Assembly (NCBI GenBank): GCA_973895155.1
Contig: OZ316898.1
Coordinates: 7,737,079 to 7,801,078 of the forward strand
DNA length: 64,000 bases
Origin: Marsupella aquatica
Taxonomy: Eukaryota; Plantae; Marchantiophyta
Reading direction: 5' to 3'
Part shown: piece after piece, positions 60,078 through 64,000 of the stretch
Position numbering within the stretch: the stretch's first letter is position 1
Layout: the number at the start of each line of letters is the position of its first letter
The notes under the pieces: generated by a model
Told to the model about the DNA's origin: nothing
Database searches by the model: none
The model's input: only the letters and a program-made list of their open reading frames with translations
Translations under genes and position numbers: made by a program

Positions 60078-62950
60078 AGTTGCAGAATTTGACTACCTTA
60101 ACACTTAGCTCCGACGTCGCTTACTCCGACACCCAACTTCTTTATGGTCCAAGCTTGGATAGGCCATCCAGGGAGGACTCAGCATGGGGAGACTTGTGAG
60201 CAATGGGACATGGCATTGGCGAAGGCAAGGCGCTAAGTCGATGACACACACTAAGGACTTAGACTAGCTGAGGGCTGGTCGGGTCAAGGGGGAAAGGACC
60301 GGGCTCAAGGTCGACCGTCCGGACCCCGGGATGGACTTTGAGTTATGAGGGCTTGATTGAGAGCTCCTCTTGGGCCCAAGACCAATGGAGTCTACTCCAT
60401 GGGCAACGGATGTTTGGGGCACGAGTTATGGCCCGATCCGGGTTTGGCCAATCAAGGGTCCCAGGGGACGATGGGATCTGAGGGCCTAGGCATGAGCATT
60501 GGGTTGGCTTGATCACAACGGGCTAAGGCACTCCGCTTGCGGACGCCTAACTAGAATGTTATGGGTGTGCCCAGACACGCGGGTTGGGATCCAGGTGGGG
60601 GACCAAAATTTGGGGACCAAAGTTGGTCTGGGGGTGGCAGGTCTGCATAAGCATATATGAGGGGAGTGGTGTCTCCATGGGGGCTGAGGACGAGCCGAAG
60701 TGGTGAGCCGGGGCGGTCGTGACGACACTAAGGAAAAATGCCAAATGGAAATAATGATAACTTCCCAATGGGAAGTCCGTTGGAGGACTTCTTGGGTGCA
60801 TTGGAAAGCTCTCAAGGAGGGCTACATTCTCCTGAGATCAGCTAGTTCTAGGGGTGCCATAGTTTCTCAGGGGTTTGGGGGCTATCTCACCTGCTTGCCA
60901 AATCCTACCAAAATAGCAGCCAAGTCGCGTTCGGTCTCTCAAGGCAGCTTGCATTGGGGAGGCAAGGCCAAGTAGGCATGGAGGTTGAGTTCCAAGGGAA
61001 ATTGGCCCCTAGACCATCAGTGGGCGAGAACCAAGAGTTGGTTGCTAGAGTCGGGACAATTTGGTCCCGGCGTGTTGGGACAAAGTGATAGACCTAGCCA
61101 CCCAGCGCCCTCACCAATCCCAACACTCACGCCTAAGTGCCCCTGGTGCCCGAACGCCTCTACGGAATACCTTGAGCAAGCACCCTAGTGCCCCTTGCAC
61201 CGCCAGCGACCCCTCCCATACGAAGCCGCACTTGCTCTCCAACACAACCGCTACTCAACGGTCCTCACTGTTTGCACAAGCAACCAAGCACCTCAATAAG
61301 TAACCCTTCAGGATCTAGAACTCGCCAAGTCTAGCATCCTAACTCAAGTTCAACAGACATTGGTAAATAGATCAATGATAGATCCTCCCGATGCCATAAG
61401 CCAGAACCAGAACCCACGCCGACTGTTCATCCAGAACAGCTCCTTCCTTGGGCGTAGCCCGGGTTCCCCCTTGTACCTATCCATCACCAACTGACCGCCC
61501 TGACCCCAGGACATGCTCATGGCCCAAATAGCGTAGCTTGTCCTAAAGCTTGTCCCAACACGTGAGGACCAAAAAGGCCCCGACTCTAGCAAACAACTCC
61601 AGATTTTCCTCACTGATGGTCTAGGGGCCGAACACTCTTGGAACTCAACCTCCACACCTACTTGGCCTTGCCTCCCAATGCAAGCTCCCTTGGGAGACTG
61701 AACGCGGCTTGGCTACTGTTCGGCAGGATTTGGCAAGCGGGCGAGTTAACACCCACAAACCCTGAGAACCCATGGTGCACCCAGACCCAGATGAGCTCAA
61801 GAGGGCTAGCCCTTGTTGAGAGCTTTCCAATGCATCCATGAAGTCCTCTAACGGATGTCCCATTGGGAAGATATCACCGTTTTGGTTTCCCTAAGTGTCT
61901 CGACCGTCGCGACTGATGACTTCGGCTCGCCTTTAGCCCCCAAGGAGACACCACTCCCCTCATATATGCTTCTGGAGACCTGCCACCCCCGGACCAGCTT
62001 TGGTCCCTAAATATTGGCCCCCAACCCGGATCCTATCGCGCATAATGGGCGCGCCACCAACTAGCAACACCCATAACTTTCTCGTTAGGCATACGCAAGC
62101 GGAGTGCCTTAGCCCGTTGTGATCGGGTCGACCGAGTGCTCATGCCTAGGTCCACAGGTCTCATCGCCGCTCGGGGCCCCTGATCGGCCCAACCCGGATC
62201 GGGCCATAACTTGCGCCCCAAGCTTCCGTTGTCCATGGCGTCAACTCCATTGGCCTTGGGCCCCAAAGGAGCTCACACTCAAGCCCTCAGAACTCAAAGT
62301 CCATCCAAAAGTCCAGACGATCGTCCTTGAGCCCGGCCCATTTCCCCTTGACCCGACCAGCTCTCAGCTAGTCCAAGTCCTTAGTGTGTGTCACCAGCTT
62401 GGCTCCTTGCCTTCGCTAGCGCCACGTCTCGTTGCCCACAAGTCTCCCCATGCTAAGTCCTCCCCTGATGGCCTATCCGGGCGTGGACCATAAGGGAGCT
62501 CGGCGTCAGAGTCAACGACGCCGGAGCTAAGTGTTAAGGTAGTCGAGTTCCGCGACTGACAAGCTTTAGGACAAGTTAGGCTATTTGGGCCATGACCATT
62601 ACCTGGGGGCAGGGCGGTCAGTTGGTGATTGATAGGTACGAGGGAGAACACAGGCTGCACTCAAGGAAGGAGCTATTTTGGACGAACAATGGGTGTTGGC
62701 TCTGGTTCTGGCTTATGGCATTGGGAGGACTTATCGTTGACCTACTTACCAATGTCTGTTGGGCTTGAGATAAGATGCTAGACTCGTGAAATCTAGATCC
62801 GGAGGGGTTACTTACCGAGATGTTTGGTTGCTTGTGCAGACAGCAAGGACCGTTGAGTAGCGGTCGTGTTGGAGAGCAAGTGCGGCTTCGTAGAAACTTA
62901 GGGGTGGGTGCTAAGATTGGTGAGGGTACTGGGTGGCAAGGTCCACTACT
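60078..62950 (+). mobile_element. Outer ~1.39 kb non-coding element (solo-LTR-like) with AGT...ACT ends
   Basis: AGTTGCAG...CACTACT with perfect 5-bp TSD CTAGG at 60073-60077 and 62951-62955. Split by an inverted copy of the same family. Strand is relative only. Confidence 0.88.
61084..62557 (-). mobile_element. Inner ~1.47 kb copy of the same family, inserted in opposite orientation
   Basis: AGTGATAG...CCGCGACT with perfect 5-bp TSD GACAA at 61079-61083 and 62558-62562. Its reverse complement aligns end to end with the outer copy. Confidence 0.9.
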
Positions 62951-64000
62951 CTAGGGAGAGACTAAGTTTGTTGGCGAAGTGGTGTATTAATATTTAGTGT
63001 TTTCTCCTGGTATGAGAGAAGGGTATGCCCATGCAAGTAATCTTTCTTCCTTCTTGCTTCCATGCTAATCATACCTCAAAAAACCTACTGATGCACCATT
63101 TGTTGCTAGAGATGTAGTTGATTGACCCCTAAATTGAAAAGTCTTACTTAGTTGAAGGACCCCATGGATGTGGCCCATAAGGTCTATGGACGGTTTGGGG
63201 ATCACTCACGGGTACTTGAAGTAGCACTTTGCATTTTAAGGGTCCATCAAGTATGTATGTACATATTTGCCCAAAAGTGGCCAAGAGTTTTTTCAAAAAG
63301 TAAAAAGTAAAGCTAGGAAAGGGAAAAAAAAAGGAGTTGCCAAGAGTTTTCAATGACAGAGCTGGAATCTAGCTAATTAGGCACTAAAAAAATTTAAAAA
63401 AAAGGCTGTCTCGCACCCTCGCTTGAGGCCTGTGCTAGTGTGCTGGGTGCCGATGTACGTGGCAGATTCAGTAACCTTATCTACTCAGTGCAGCGGGCCC
63501 ACGCTTGCATGAATTCTCAGACTATCAATGGACATCTCTTGCCTTGAAAACCGAAAGCAGGCCATTGATGGACATCTCATTAATTAACTGCTCTTTCGAC
63601 AAACGGACAAAGTGTGCACAATGGACGTCTCATTAACTGTTCTTTAGACAGAGTCTTTGCAGAATTGCAGGAGTACCACATCATCATGATTTGGCAAACT
63701 CCTCACTGGCATCCCTAGACTATGGAGGTCGGACTTTTGTTTCAAAGTAGAAAGCCACAGTCCATGAAAGGCAGGTCCTGAGTCCTGTGTCCTGAATGAC
63801 TGATTAACTCAGCGAGTAACCTTACATTGTCCAGATTCGCCGCCCAGGATGAATTTCTTGGTCGGTGTTTTTTTGCTTCGAATTGTTCGTGGAGGCTTTT
63901 CTGCTTTCATTCTTTGACTCGAGCCTTTCGTCTCGTTTGGCAGCTTTCGGGCTGTTAGGGAGTTCATCTTTAGCTCTTTTAGTTTGTGGTGTAGATGCTG

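Noticed and set aside
60078-62950. Polinton, foldback element or misassembly
   Set aside because: No long TIR or coding capacity per unit. The arms are diverged, and two independent TSDs explain the structure as a nested insertion.
1-64000. CRISPR array, rRNA, tRNA or prokaryotic operons
   Set aside because: No repeat-spacer arrays or recognisable structural RNA genes. The content is intron-containing, eukaryotic and TE-derived.
63400-64000. Possible promoter or 5' UTR of a following gene, with ATGGAC.TCTC repeats
   Set aside because: No coding sequence within the window to support it.

Overview
Eukaryotic, transposon-dense land-plant genomic DNA, plausibly a non-seed plant (inference only). 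Most of the window is nested mobile DNA. From left to right: (1) a decayed full-length Ty1/copia element, 2622-8275 (-), TSD CATCT; (2) a copia-type solo LTR split by a ~4 kb TG-ended, TSD-flanked solo-LTR-like unit that carries its own ~870-aa ORF, itself split by a MITE; (3) a second solo LTR, a gypsy-like LTR and a TIR element; (4) a ~20 kb Mutator element whose left TIR contains a 15.8 kb CACTA element and whose transposase contains a solo LTR; (5) a CRE-clade non-LTR retrotransposon with RT and restriction-like endonuclease; (6) two ~1.4 kb AGT...ACT-ended elements, one nested inside the other. The only convincing host gene is a 3-exon gene (23534-25673, +) encoding a 324-aa secreted pre-pro-protein. 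It carries two copies of DISPPG[L/M]WP behind RxxL/RRxL motifs and is a candidate undescribed peptide-hormone precursor. Both DNA transposons also carry a cargo ORF with an RNase H1 N-terminal (caulimovirus P6-type) hybrid-binding domain, antisense to their transposases. All domain calls are by-eye motif recognition; no searches were run.
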